A DNA stretch of 64,000 bases from Eledone cirrhosa (Eukaryota): positions 320,540,001 through 320,604,000 of the forward strand of contig OZ024740.1 in assembly GCA_964016885.1 (NCBI GenBank). Direction: 5' to 3'. The position numbers were made by a program, and so were the translations under genes. The notes beneath the pieces are model-generated. The model was not told the DNA's origin and made no database searches. It saw only the letters and a list, made by a program, of their open reading frames with translations. Shown here piece after piece: positions 41,870-55,044 of this stretch. The stretch's first letter is position 1. Each line of letters starts with the position of its first letter.

Positions 41870-42682
41870 AATAATAATAATAATAATGAAATATTGTGTA
41901 CAGTGCTCAGGTGCACTACAACTCATCAAAAAGTGTATGTATAGTACATAGGGTAATGTACAAACGTCAGGAAAATGAATAGTGCATGAGTCATGATATA
42001 CACGTGTGCATGTGTATGGAAGGGGTACATCAGGTGTAGTTTTGGTGTATTTCGGGAAGCATGAGTGTTTTAAAGGAAGCAGTGTCTCGGCAGCTAACAA
42101 CTGACGCAGGCAGTTTGTTCCATGCTTCAGCAACTCTGAGCGTGAAAAAATGTTTACGAAAGTCATGGGGGCTGTGCTGTTTTCTGATTTTGTAGGCATG
42201 TCCACGTGTGTTAGACACATGGAGATCAAAAAGGTGCTCAGGGTTGTTGTTGGCTAGATGGTTAATAACTTTGTGGGCGTTTACCAAGTCCATTGCCAGA
42301 CGTCGGAGCTTCAATGAATCCATGCCCAGGGAAGCAAGGCGTTCAGAGTATGGTAGGTGTCTGATGGAGGGTATGCGCTTGGTTGCACGTCTCTGAACAG
42401 TTTCCAGGCGGTCAATGTTCTGAGCAAGATAGGGGTTCCAGACTGATGATGCGAATTCCAAGTGTGGTCGTACCATAGCTGTATACAGTTTTAAATAGAT
42501 GGCTGGAGAGCGGCTAACAAAGGTCTTGCTGAGTGATGCCAAGACACCCTCGGCCTTCTTGACAATCTTAGAGACATGCTTTGTCCAAAGCAAATCGCTG
42601 CTGACAGTAATGCCCAGGTCACGTTCACAAGAGAACTTCTTGATATCAGTGTTGTGGAGGAAGTATGTGGACGCTGGATTAT
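41870..42682 (-). mobile_element. CR1-clade LINE 3' fragment, near-identical to the 39.2-40.0 kb copy
   Basis: Same motifs, colinear at an offset of 2700 bp, (ATT)n tail. Confidence 0.92.
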
Positions 42683-43043
42683 TTGGGACAACCACATTTC
42701 ATATTTCCAATTTCCCTAATTCTTGTCAACCAGTTGATAATGAGATGTTTTCATAATCCGTAATTGAACAAGTTACGGGAAGGGATGATAGATCGATGAA
42801 TTTCTGATATTTATGTGTGTGTGTGTGTGTGTGTGTTTGTGCGCGCGCGTGTAAGTGTGTAATTAAGATTGGTTTTCCCAAAAGGGGTCGAAAAGAAAGC
42901 ACAGTTAAGTAATGTACTCACTAGATTAGTAGAGAAGATAAACAATATTTATTTCATATAGAAATGATTTTTACAGGACTAAAACTCTTTAGTTCGTTTT
43001 AAATCATCAGGAATTATCGGCAAACTATTTTTTTTTTCAACCA

Positions 43044-43215
43044 ATGGTGTTCGAGATGTTTGCGGAACCTGAGTGGCTAACAAGAACAAGGTTCTTATCG
43101 TTGTTGGCAGCTCACCTTACTGATGATGCCAACGATGGTGCTTGGTTATTCCAGCGTCTTAGCCTCGCTATCACTTGCACCAATGCAATGTGTGTGTTGG
43201 CTTGCCTCAAAAATT
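43044..43215 (+). mobile_element. CRE-clade-like non-LTR retrotransposon C-terminal (restriction-like endonuclease) remnant
   Basis: VFEMF..FLSLLA..DGAWLFQRLSLAITCTNAMCVLACL resembles the FQRLSLAIxRGNA terminus of CRE-like elements. Homologous copy at 36190-36315(-). Confidence 0.6.
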
Positions 43216-43304
43216 TATTACGGGGAAAGTCCAGTTTTCCTGATGATTTTCTTCGAATGAAACAGTTCTAGTTCTGTAGAAGCCATTTACATATTAAATT
43301 TGTT

Positions 43305-43371
<67 letters not shown>

Positions 43372-43451
43372 TATTGAAGTTTCCGTTGAAAATTGAAAAA
43401 GTCATAGGAGTGAAGAGTGCTCTATGTAAGTTAAAGAGCTAAATTGAATCT

Positions 43452-43802
43452 ATAATAAACAATACAATATAATTACCTCATTACCAGAGGTTTCCTGAAT
43501 AAGACGAATACAAGAAACGTCCACATGCATTTGTACATACACACATATGTACATTTGTAGGTGATATACACACATTTATACACATACCCTTACTATATTT
43601 CCTTATTTTATTTTTATATATCTCTTGCATTACTTTTATTTATATATTTTTTTTGCCCGTTAAACTTTTGCCTTTCTTGAGGAGATTTTTCAAATATTTC
43701 ATTATGTTTTAAATTGCCTTGTCTGACGAACGAATGAGGACGTTTCTTGTATTCGTCTTATTCGGGAAACCTGTGGTAATGAGGTAATTATATTGTATTG
43801 TT

Positions 43803-43808
<6 letters not shown>
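43452..43808. repeat. Inverted repeat (~70-bp arms, ~215-bp spacer) between (TA)n tracts
   Basis: aattacctcattaccagaggtttcctgaataagacgaatacaagaaacgtcc versus ggacgtttcttgtattcgtcttattcgggaaacctgtggtaatgaggtaatt. Confidence 0.85.
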
Positions 43809-43859
<51 letters not shown>

Positions 43860-43936
43860 GTTATATATTATACTATATATATATATATAAAATTTGTTAT
43901 ATATTATACGATATATATAAAATTTGTTATATATTA

Positions 43937-43994
<58 letters not shown>

Positions 43995-44873
43995 GTTTAG
44001 ATCGATATAATAGTTGAAATAGAGTTGCTTTCACCAAAATAGCGTGTCGATAAGATAAATAAAAATGTACAACATAATTGTAGTATTAATATCAAATATT
44101 CTGTTCTGTGGAGGAAAAGAACAGATACACAACTAAGTAAAGAATTTATATAAGTTTGTCTGCATCGGTCTTCTAAACCATTGTTTATATATTATTATTG
44201 TAATGCACTGGGTAATTGCTGGCCTTGTGCCAAAAGTAGAAATAATTATTGTAATTGGTGCACTCAACTGATATTATGATATTTAAGGTTTATTTAATCC
44301 ATTTATTCAGCAATTAAAATATATTCCATTTCATTGGGGAGAGAGAGAAAATTAGAAGCTATGCTCTCTGTTATTCGCTTAACGATCCACTACTGTTGCG
44401 GTGGGCTAGTTGGAGCAGCATACAAATACAACTTAACTGAACGGAGTAAATTTCGGATATGTAATGTTGGTATTTAATACATTCGTTATGTGAGTATCTT
44501 TTCCCGTTACACAAGATTTTCCTGTCAAATATATATTTTTGTCCACATTAGCACCGCTTAGTAATCAAACAAATATCAAGAGTTCAAACCATAAACATAT
44601 CTTAAGAAGACAAGGATTAAACACTTGTTTCTACATTGAAATATCTTCAGTTTAAAAGTTGTTGACTTGCTGTCTGATTACTAGAAAATATATCATTTAA
44701 TTATTAGCGTAACACTTGTTTAATTATTTTACAATTTCATAAAATCATATATATCAGTTTACATTTCAATGTCTTTCCCACCAACAATCAACTGGAGTGA
44801 AATCTGTTTTCACCATTTACTACATCCACATACGCTCACTAATTAGTTTAGTTTAGGTGTATATATGTGTGCG

Positions 44874-44925
<52 letters not shown>

Positions 44926-44956
44926 CATATATATATGTATATATATATATATATTC

Positions 44957-45024
<68 letters not shown>

Positions 45025-47249
45025 ATATATATAGAGAGAGAGAGAGAAATATATGTTTGTCTTTTTAAGCAGATGTAGATGTTTGTTTTTACATATGACT
45101 ACCTTGCCATATATAGCTTAGGTGAAATACATTGTTATGATACTAAAGGAATTCTACTATAATAAACCCATATATATAATTTATTTATGTATTTTAATAC
45201 TGGGGTTATTCTCTATTTACTCAGTTTCCCAAAAATCGATGAATTGCGTGATCAACGATATTCGCGAAACTCTGAGTAATCTCAACGTTACAATATGTAT
45301 ATATATATATATATAATATTCACCCAGGTTTCATCAGTCTTAGGAGTTTTCTTTTAAACTGAAAAATAATATCAAAACAAGCTCTTAATAATTTTTAGAT
45401 CTTCTGTATTTTGCACGTGTAACTATGTGAATCATTTATACATATAGGTTGACATATTCGATATTAAATTGAGGGTTTGTTACTAACAAAGTTAGGCATA
45501 TTTTTTCTTAATTATCCAAGTTCAATATGATATATCCAATATATTTATATTTGTTATAATCCTCCGCGTATCCTATAGTTATTTATTCAGTATGTCGTTA
45601 ACCTAGGAGTTATAAATTAACTTGCACGATTGTACAATACAGTGCCCCCTCCCCTCTTAATAGCCGACGGCAAGTGTTATCTTTTTTTTAAGGTAGTGTT
45701 AGACATCGTTTTTATTTAACATATTTGTGTATCGAATAATTATAGCTGGATCTAATCTCAAAACTAGGACCTCCTTAGTATGGGATTAACTATTCAGACT
45801 GTTTTCTTGCCTATACTTGGTATTTGTTAGGTGTGTGTGTGTGTGTGTGTGCGCGAAAGAGAGCAAGAGAGAGTTGCGGTAACTGATTAAATCATAGGAT
45901 GAAAAGCTATGAAATCAAGAAACTTGTTCTTGTCTTAACTTTATGGTTGACTTGTTACTATTTGGGAGAGTAATAAATTATACAAATAATTAATATTAAA
46001 ATATCTAATGTTATATATAGATGGTACTTCCTAAATCGGAGCCATCATCGGTTTGTAGTGAGTCAGTAAGCTGAAATTCATTATTGTGTAGTCAATGAAA
46101 TCAACTGGCTAATCTGACTGGCAATAAATGGTTCGCTTGTGTTAATATACAAGTTTTATGAATTAGGTGACAATAGTCATAGGTTAGGGGCTCGTAATAA
46201 TGTAGTATCCGGATACAAAGGTAGTTTGAGAAGATATGTAACTGTGATGTGTTTGACAGTAAAGTGTGTGCATCAACAAGTAAGAAATTAATTAAATGTG
46301 GTCCAATTAGTGCATGTGTCACGGCAAAAAGCACGCAGTCCAATCTGTAAGGTGGTAGTGCTAGTGCCACGAAAAATGCTCCCAGTGCACGCTGTTAAGT
46401 GGCGGGCGTTAGAAAGTGCATCCAACCATAGAAAACAAACCCAAAACGGAACGAATGAGGTCATGGTCACCTGACCTGTCTGGCCTCAGAGCATGACAAT
46501 CTAACGCATGCAAGCATGAAAAATAAATTTTAAATGGTGATAATGATGATGATGTTGGTTAACTATTAATTCCAACGAAAGCTTAAGTACAAATATGTTA
46601 AGAAAATCAAAGCATCAACTACTGTATATATAAAAGTAAATGCATTGATGTGAACATTAAATTATGCATACTAGGTAACCATTGTTGATAGTGCAAGATT
46701 TATTCAGTTAATATTGACTCAAAATGGCTAGAAATGTTAAATCTCAGCAATGTTGGATGAAATACCAATGAAAGTTGGAAGATCACTGATGAAGGACTAA
46801 TTTTATTCATATGTAACCCATGTGCAACCACGCAGCTCTCCATTTTTCTCATATTTATATATATATATAAACTTCTGTAATGCACACTTATCCAACTCAT
46901 ACTTCAATAAAAAAAATTAAAAAAGCACACATTAAAAAGAAATAACAACAGAGGTTTTCTACATTTGTATCCTGGTGACTATAAGGCAGTGAATTGGCAG
47001 AGTCGTTAGAACGTCGGATAGAATGCTTTGCGGTATTCGCTCTGACTCTCTGCTCTCTGAGTTCAAATCCTGCCAAAGTCGACTTTGCCTCTCATTCATT
47101 TAATGTCGATAAAAATGTACCAGTCTAGTACTAAGGTCAATTCTTCCTCTATATCTCTTTCCCACTTCCTTTCTCTCACTCTCTACCCTTCTCTGGAAGA
47201 GATCTGTCGTATTCAGACATGAAGAGTAGATGGGCTCCATCAGGTTTAA

Positions 47250-47454
47250 CCCTTTAGCATTTGAATTACTCTGTTTATACTTTCACAGTAAAGGCTTTAT
47301 CTTACATAATATCGAATCTATGAGATTTTGATGTTATTTATTTTGAGAACAATACCTTAACATCAATCAGTATAAGTGGCCAGTTACAGCTGGTTTGAAC
47401 AGGAAAAGGTGAGAGAATTCTGGCCAGATACGGCCAGTTTAAATGCTTAAAGGG
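47250..47454 (+). mobile_element. piggyBac-type MITE nested in a tRNA-derived SINE
   Basis: Same TIRs and TTAA TSD; splits the SINE at about 46985-47520. Confidence 0.82.
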
Positions 47455-49376
47455 TTAAAAATACCCTAGAAACACTGTATGTCAATATGGTGCCCCTATG
47501 ACTGCCTAAGGAGTTACAGGTCCATACATACATACATACGTACATACATATATCTTAGTGACTATCTGTAATTACATCAAGTACTTGGTAGTGTACTTGG
47601 TATTACATCAAGTACTTGGTATTGTTTCCATTAAGTTATCTGAATGGTCTTATGATTTCATTTCATGGCTGTTCTTGCAACTGCTCAAGTGTTTCTGGAA
47701 TATTTAGAGAAAACCTGCCAAACAAAGGGTCAAGTGGAGCCCTTCAACTGTATCAAAGACATAACAACTTCCCTAGTGCTGGTGCCGCAATCAAATGCAT
47801 TCAATAGAGTGCAGAATTGTATGTAAGTGAGATGCAGGCCCCCGGCCAATCTGAGAGGTCAGTAACTCTGCTTGAGTACTGACTCAGTCTGTGAAACTTG
47901 GCCAACCCTTGCTAGCAGAGAAAATGAGTGTTAAATAATTATAGTGATGATGATGATGATGAAGTAATGTTTCTCTTTGAGACTACCAAAAATCCTACTG
48001 CACTTTTTGTGACACTATTGTTACACAAATGAGAATGATATGCAAAAGTATATCGTCATCATCATTTTACGTCTTCTTTCCATACTGGCATGAGTTGGTC
48101 AGGCAGTTATGGTCTGAAACCAGATGAGTCAGAGCATCGTGTTAAATTCCATATTTGGCATGGTTTCTACAGCTGATAGCTCTTCCTAACACCAACCACT
48201 TTACAGGGTGTACAGTGGGCATTTTTCATGACAACAGCACTACCGCTTTACAGAGTGGACTAGGTACACTTTATCATAGCACCAATACTTTATACTGGGT
48301 ACATTTTATTGTGGCACCAGGACTAATGTAACTTATATATAAAGGCACTCTAGCTATGAAGTTAATATGAAGGAACTTCTATGTGATTGTTCAACCTGCT
48401 AGAAATAGCAGCTAACTCTATAAATCACCCTTTGCCATCTAAAAAAGAAAGGACAGACATTAGATTATATAGCAGTAACTGGTGATTCATGACTACAACC
48501 CAGTTGTAATTCTAGGGCATCCAGCCATAGAAATCATGCCAAACAAGGGTAGAGAGGGCTCTTTTGTTAGACCAAGGACAGATGTTTGTTCACATCATTT
48601 ATGCTGATGGGGAAAGAAAGAAATCTTGTAAAAATGTAAAAACTAAAATTATTGTAAAGCCTTTTAAGAAATACAGAATGACCCATTCATTCTTATCATC
48701 ATCATCATCATCATCACCGTTTTACGTCCGTTCTTCCACACTAGCATGGGTTAGACGGGTTGTCCTGTTGTGGGCAGTGTCTGGTCGGCTGACCTTGTCT
48801 TGCTCATACGGGAACTGATTCTGGCTTGATTTCTACAGCTGGATGCCCTTCCTAACACCAACCTCATTTACAGTGAGTGCTGGGTGCTTTTTTTCCGTGG
48901 CGCCTACATGTCCACTTTACAGTGTGGGCTGGGTGCTTTTTTGCTGTGGCAACTCTACGACCACTTTGCAGTGGAATGATAAGGACCCCTAGTTCTATCA
49001 TCTCATTTCTACAACTGAGTAAACTGGAGCAATGTGAAATAAAGTGTCTTGCTCTAACCACTAAACCATGCACCTTCACTTATATACACATATATACACC
49101 AGGACCGAACACAAAAGAACCTAACTCCCACTGTCACTGCCTCCATCTCTCCCGCTCTCCCCATCTCTCACTATTGTGAGCAAATGGGGACCATGTGTTG
49201 GCTGCCCTGTTGCCGCAGTGAAAAGACAAGAAGGTCACAGCTAGAAGATATTTGATCATCAGTTTGCTTGACCACAGCTGACTTGGGGCTATATATATCC
49301 AAGACAAATGAGCATGAAGTCTTGCTACAATTATTCTGTTGGTTCTAGTCATAAGATTTACTATCCTGCTTCCTTT

Positions 49377-49490
49377 GGTTTACCTAGCTAAGTACCACTC
49401 AAAATTTCACTAAGTTTACCAGGTTTACATAGCTAAGTACCACTCAGAACATCACTAAGTTTACCAGGTTTACCTAGCTAAGTACCACTC
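49377..49490. repeat. 45-bp tandem repeat, about 2.5 copies
   Basis: ggtttac(c/a)tagctaagtaccactc at 49377, 49422 and 49467. Confidence 0.9.
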
Positions 49491-50507
49491 ATACTTCATG
49501 ATTAAATAGTTCACAGTATGAAGAGCATCACTAACCTTCTCTCTGCCTGAGGGAATCATAGGGACGCCATATTGACATACAGCATTTCTAGGGCATCTTT
49601 TTGTGACCAAATTTATCAAGGTGTCATCCCGCCATAATATACATTAGTTTATTGGAATTATCAAATAAACTATTTATTCTGCACTAATTGAAATAAGTCA
49701 TTGAATACCAAAGATTTGTATTTTCAAAGAAGGATTTGTAGAAGATCAACAAGTTTGCTTTCTGTGAAGAGTAGAAAGTCTAATGTTTTGAACTCTTGCC
49801 GTCCATTGGGGAGTAGAGAGATACAAAGATGTTGTTGGCCTTATCCACTCCCTACAGCCAAACAAATATGCAGTAAATTAGCAAAGTTGTTAGAGCATCA
49901 GATAGAATACCTTATGATATTTGTTCTAACTCTCTGTGCTCTGTTAAAGCTTCTGGCAAGAGAGATACATTGCAATATCTGTTCTGTTTCTTTATTTTTT
50001 GAGTTCAGCTTCTCCAGTTTACTGGAGTCCCATCAATAGTAAGAGCATTGCAAAGTACATATATTGAGTCTGGTGTGGAAAAGAAACAGCCTCTGAAACA
50101 CCATTAATATAGTGTGATTTCATAAGGGCCTTATACATCTAGAAGGTGAGGCAAGATTTTCATATGGTCAACCAAACAACATCATATTTCTGTACTCTGT
50201 TGAAGAGTAAAGCCCAAAATGTTAGGTTTTTCATTCCTCATGGCAACTTATTAACATTCTATATAATCTGCTTTAGTTTGATTGTTGATAACATAGATCT
50301 TCACTTTACCCTCTCTGTATTTACAAATTGTTTGTAATAGATGTCTGTTGATGGGTTATTATCCATATAACTTCAGAGAAAGGAGAAATTATATTGTAGG
50401 AACTTAATACTTTTCCTATAGAAATTAACAGTGTAAGTGAAATGGAATTACTGCAACCAGGAATTAAAACATTTACTAGAGACCTATTTCTTACTGTATG
50501 GTCCTTG

Positions 50508-50539
<32 letters not shown>

Positions 50540-51625
50540 GTTTAACGTCCATCTTCCATGCTAGCATGGGTCTGGACGGGAATTGTCCCACTTGAGGCAA
50601 GATTGATTGTCTTGCTCAGGACTGACTGGCGGGTTTTCTACGGCTGGATGCCCTTCCTAACACCAAGATTGATTGTCTTGCTCAGGACTGACTGGCGGGT
50701 TTTCTACGGCTGGATGCCCTTCCTAACACCAACCACGTTTACAGTGTGGACTGGGAGGCTTTTACCGTGTTACCTACACGGCCTCATTACAGCGTGGACT
50801 GTGTTGTTTTTGCCGTGACACCTACACGACCTCATTTATTTAAGGACTGGATGCTGTGGCTTTACATGTGTTAAATTAAAGTGTGAATATTTATCTTTTA
50901 ATGAGTTGCATTTTTTTAGCCATAGATAAGGACACTATTGGAAGGGGAAAGAAAGTAGTAAAATAAGTATATTAATACTACTATTACTACTTATTTATGT
51001 TAATCATGAGTGTGTTTGATATAGCTCAGATAGTAGGAAGAACTGAATCTAGAACTATATGTAGTAAGGTATTGTAAAGGGTCCTTAATTCCTGATGGAG
51101 TCATAAAGGGCTTGACACACGGTATGTATTGAATATTTTAAACCTGGCAGGGCCCATCCTTCTTTAGGTTGGAACACAGCTAATTTCTTCGACACGTTAT
51201 GTCTTGGATATTTTAAACCTGGTAGGGCTCATCCTACTTCAGGTTGGAACACAGCTTATTTCTTCCAGATAAAGAGGAAGAAACAATCTAAGTGCTAGAA
51301 TGGTACTTTATTTATCAACCTTGAAAGGCAAAGTTGAGTTCAGTGGAATTTGAGCTCAGAGTGCAGTGAACCAGAACACATACTGAGGTATTTTTTAAAT
51401 GTGATGCCCTAACAACTGCCAATTTAATGCACTAACGCATATCTAGTATAGTAGTTCATACACCTGAAATTGTGATAATTTTTGACATTCTGAAGTTGGT
51501 AAAGAAAATATTATGAGGCTGATCTGTTAACTGTACTAAAGGAACCTTGTTCTAAATAACTAAAAAAACATTTTTTAAAAGCTGCTTTTTTTAAACTGTT
51601 TAACTTTTTTTTATTTTAGTGTACA

Positions 51626-51886
51626 ATGGCAGAATGTGATGAGCTAGGCAACAGCAACATGTCAGGGTTACCTGTAAATGATGCTCAGAGTGAACTGGCC
51701 AAACAGGCCTGGCAGGAATTTAATAAACAACAGTATGACAACTGTATTAATATACTAAATAAGTTATTGGTTAACCGACCTATGGACTCAAAAGTTATTC
51801 ATAACAAAGCAGTAGCAGAATTCTATCAGTCCAAGTTTACCAAAGTTGCAGAATTTAAACAGAATCTTGCCTCGGTTTTCCATTTT
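51626..51886 (+). CDS. CNOT10: CCR4-NOT complex subunit 10, first coding exon (acceptor at 51619/51620, so an upstream 5'UTR exon is expected)
   Basis: MAECDELG...QAWQEFNKQQYDNC...KVIHNKAVAEFYQS matches the CNOT10 N-terminal TPR region. Pyrimidine-rich AG acceptor 6 nt before the ATG; phase-0 GTAAGT donor. Confidence 0.9.
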
Positions 51887-53569
51887 GTAAGTTGTTGTTG
51901 TTTTTTTTTTTTTGTTTTTTTGTTGATATATTATTGAAAATATGAATGTATGTGACCCTTAATTCAAACTTTACCTTCATGTAGTTGAACACATCCTTCT
52001 CTAAACTATTGACTGGTTATAAATCACAAGTTTGAGGATTAATTAAAGTAAAATAACTCAACTAGGAACATACTTAGATCAGATCTTACTACAAGAAGAT
52101 ATTATTTCACTGATATATACTTGCTCTGTTACATCCTGTCAAATCTGTGAAACATTTAATATTGTGTGTCTGTTAAGGTTTGTTTATTTAGAGTGTATGT
52201 ATGTACCCATAACTCCCAATGGAGTCGTAAGGGCACTGTAATGACATACAATTTTTAAACTGTGCAAACTCATCACTCTCCAGGCCTGAACACAGCTGAT
52301 TTCTTCCAGAGAAGAACAGAAAGTGAGAAAGAGATACAGAGGAAAAAAATCAACCCCAGTACTGGATTGATATGTTTTTATCAACTGCGAAAGAATGAAA
52401 GATGAAGTTGGTCTTGCTAGAATTTGAATTCAGAATGCAGAGAGCCAAAACAAATACCACAAAGCATTCTGTCTGACATTCTAACAACTCTGCCAATTCA
52501 CTACCTATTTAGGATGTCTATACAATAAAACAAACCAAACTCATGTTTTATTGCCATTAATACAACAACATATTCAGAATTTGCAATTTCTTAAATGGAA
52601 CATCACAAAGATCCATCATCTCAACACTTTTTACATGATCTTCCCAAACCTCCTCAGAAGATAGGCATAGATATATTTTCTCACCCAGACATAATTGTAC
52701 AACTCCTACTCTATATCAACAAACAGTGGATGCAACATGCATCAAATTAACAAAATGTCTATTTCCACAATCCACTAATTTTGTGCTAAGTTGTAATTGC
52801 CATATAGAAAGCTTAGTAAGGAGCATTATGGAGGTTCTTAGTAGATACCGTTTTTGACAATGATCCAGCTGGCTTATTTGCAGTTTGTAAAGCAAGAGAA
52901 CTCGCAGACTTGTGATGTATAAGGACATCCTTTGTTTTGCTTTTCAGGTGTTGTTTTTCAGATGTTGCAGTGATAAGTAAAAACTTCTCAATGTCCCTTT
53001 CCAGTACTTCTACAAATGAACTACCATATTTTATGGCATTTATGACATTTCATAAACTCTTATATAAGTTCAACATCATTTTGCTTATATAAATTATGTT
53101 GTATTACTATATTAGTAGTACTAATAATAATACACACAAAAATATTTTAACCATAGTTATCCTCACCCTCCGTTCGGGTTCCCATTGGTGATCCAGGTGT
53201 ATTGGACACAGGGAAGATATTTTATATGTTCTTTTGGAAAAACAGTGTGTCCAATAGGCTGCCAAATACGGTACTTGGTTTTATATTTAAATGTAATAAA
53301 TAATAATAAATGAAAATTGCTCAGGTGCACTAAAATTCATCAAAGGTGCATGTATAGTACATAGAATAATGTACAAATGTCAGGAAACTGAACAGTGTGT
53401 GCATCATGATATACACATATGTGTGCATGTGTATGGAGGGGTAATATTTATGAGAATGCGAAAATATTTTAAAGAACAGGCATTAATATTTTATTTCAAG
53501 AACAAACTGACCTCTGTAACCTCATAAAATGTTGTATTACTACATCAGTACTTTTTTTTCTTCTTCCAG

Positions 53570-53720
53570 GAACACATTAATATAGATAACCTCAGTAATT
53601 TAGATGATGTTGACCACAGTGCTGTTCTTTATAACCAAGCTGTTGTACTTTACCATCACAGACAGTATAAAGCAGCATTGTCCATCATGGACAAACTGTT
53701 TCATTTTGTAGAACCACTTG
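53570..53720 (+). CDS. CNOT10: CNOT10 coding exon (EHINIDNLSNLDDVDHSAVLYNQAVVLYHHRQYKAALSIMDKLFHFVEPL)
   Basis: ttcttccAG / GTAAGT, 151 nt. Matches CNOT10 [23 protein letters not shown]. Confidence 0.93.
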
Positions 53721-53818
53721 GTAAGTATCAATCTTCTATCACTAAACCATTGTCGTTAGTTGTCAAAATAATAGGTTGTAGGGTGACAGTGTTGAAATCA
53801 GTTACAATATGACTACAC

Positions 53819-54222
53819 GTGGTCATGTAAGTATCACGACAAACAGCACCCAGCCCATACTGTAAAGTGGTCATGTAGGTGTCACGACAAAAAGTACCCA
53901 GCCAACACTGTAAAGTGGTTGTGTAGGTATTATGTCAAAAAGCACCCAGCCCACATTGTAAAGTGATTGTGTAGATGTTATGACAAAAAGCATCCAGCCC
54001 ACACTGTAAAGTGGTTGTCTAGGTGTCACAACAAAAAGCACCCAGTACTCACTGTAAATGAAGTTGGCATTAGGGAGGGCATCCAGCTGTAGAAACCAAG
54101 CCAAAATCAGTTCTGTATAAGCAAGGCATGGTCACCTGACCTAGCATTGCCATCAACAGGACAACTCGTCTAACCCATGCTAGCATGGAAGAATGGATGT
54201 AAAACGGTGGTGATGATGGTGA
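53819..54222 (+). mobile_element. RTE-3'UTR-derived repeat with five 48-bp tandem units. Other copies of this 3'-end family at about 1-150, 19767-19937, 48696-48970, 50508-50860, 55900-56132
   Basis: Units gtggt..gtaggtgtcacgacaaaaagcacccagcccacactgtaaa, then gggcatccagctgtagaaa..ccatgctagcatggaa..(GAT)n, as in the 3'UTR of the 4883-6600 element. Confidence 0.82.
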
Positions 54223-54836
54223 ATGAAAATGATTGTGCTCAGGTGCACTACAACTCATCAAAGGTGCATGTATAGTACATAGAATAATGTACAAATGTCA
54301 GGAAAGTAAACAGTGTATGAGTTATGATATACACACATGCATGTGTATGGAGGGGGCAATGTGTGCATCTACATATACGCTGAAACAAAAAATTACTAAC
54401 AAAGACTGAAATAATCAAATTCCCATTGCCACTGTCTCGCTCTCCCCATCTCCCACTATTGTAAGCAAATAGGGGCCCTGGCGGACAAAATAGAGAAGGT
54501 GTTTCCCCGGAGGATAGTGAGAGAGACACATTGGAAGAACCATTGCCGCTCGCGAGGCTCACACCTGCGTGTAGCCAACTCAAAGATTATACTTATAAAT
54601 GCCATTATTCCATACCTAGTGACTAATCTCTTTATTGATTCTTGATAATATTATAAAATTGATTTAAATAAGTGCATCTTTCTTGTTTGAAATAAGGTCA
54701 AATGGGTTAAGGGGCTGATCTAGAGAAAAAGAGTCAAATCTGAAATGATGCTCGTATAAACTAAATTTGATATCATCATCATCAACAAAATAAATCTACT
54801 TTCAATATTCAGTTCATCACTTTTGTATTTGTTTAA

Positions 54837-55044
54837 TCCTTTAGCATTTAAACTGGCCGTATCTGGCCAGAATTTTCTCACCTCTTTCTGTTCAAATCGG
54901 CTGGCCACTCATACTGATGTTAAGGTATTGTTCTTAAAATAAATATTATCAAAATCTTATAGATTCGATATGTTAGATAATTATGTAAGGTAAAGCCTTT
55001 ACCATGAAAATATAATAGTAAATATTATAGAGTAATGTAAATGA
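54837..55044 (-). mobile_element. piggyBac-type MITE, one end degenerate
   Basis: Reverse-complement match to 1656-1863. Confidence 0.75.

Noticed and set aside
53819-54058. Regularly spaced repeats superficially like a CRISPR array (also 18776-19160 and 49377-49490)
   Set aside because: Head-to-tail tandem units without unique spacers, no cas genes, and a eukaryotic context.
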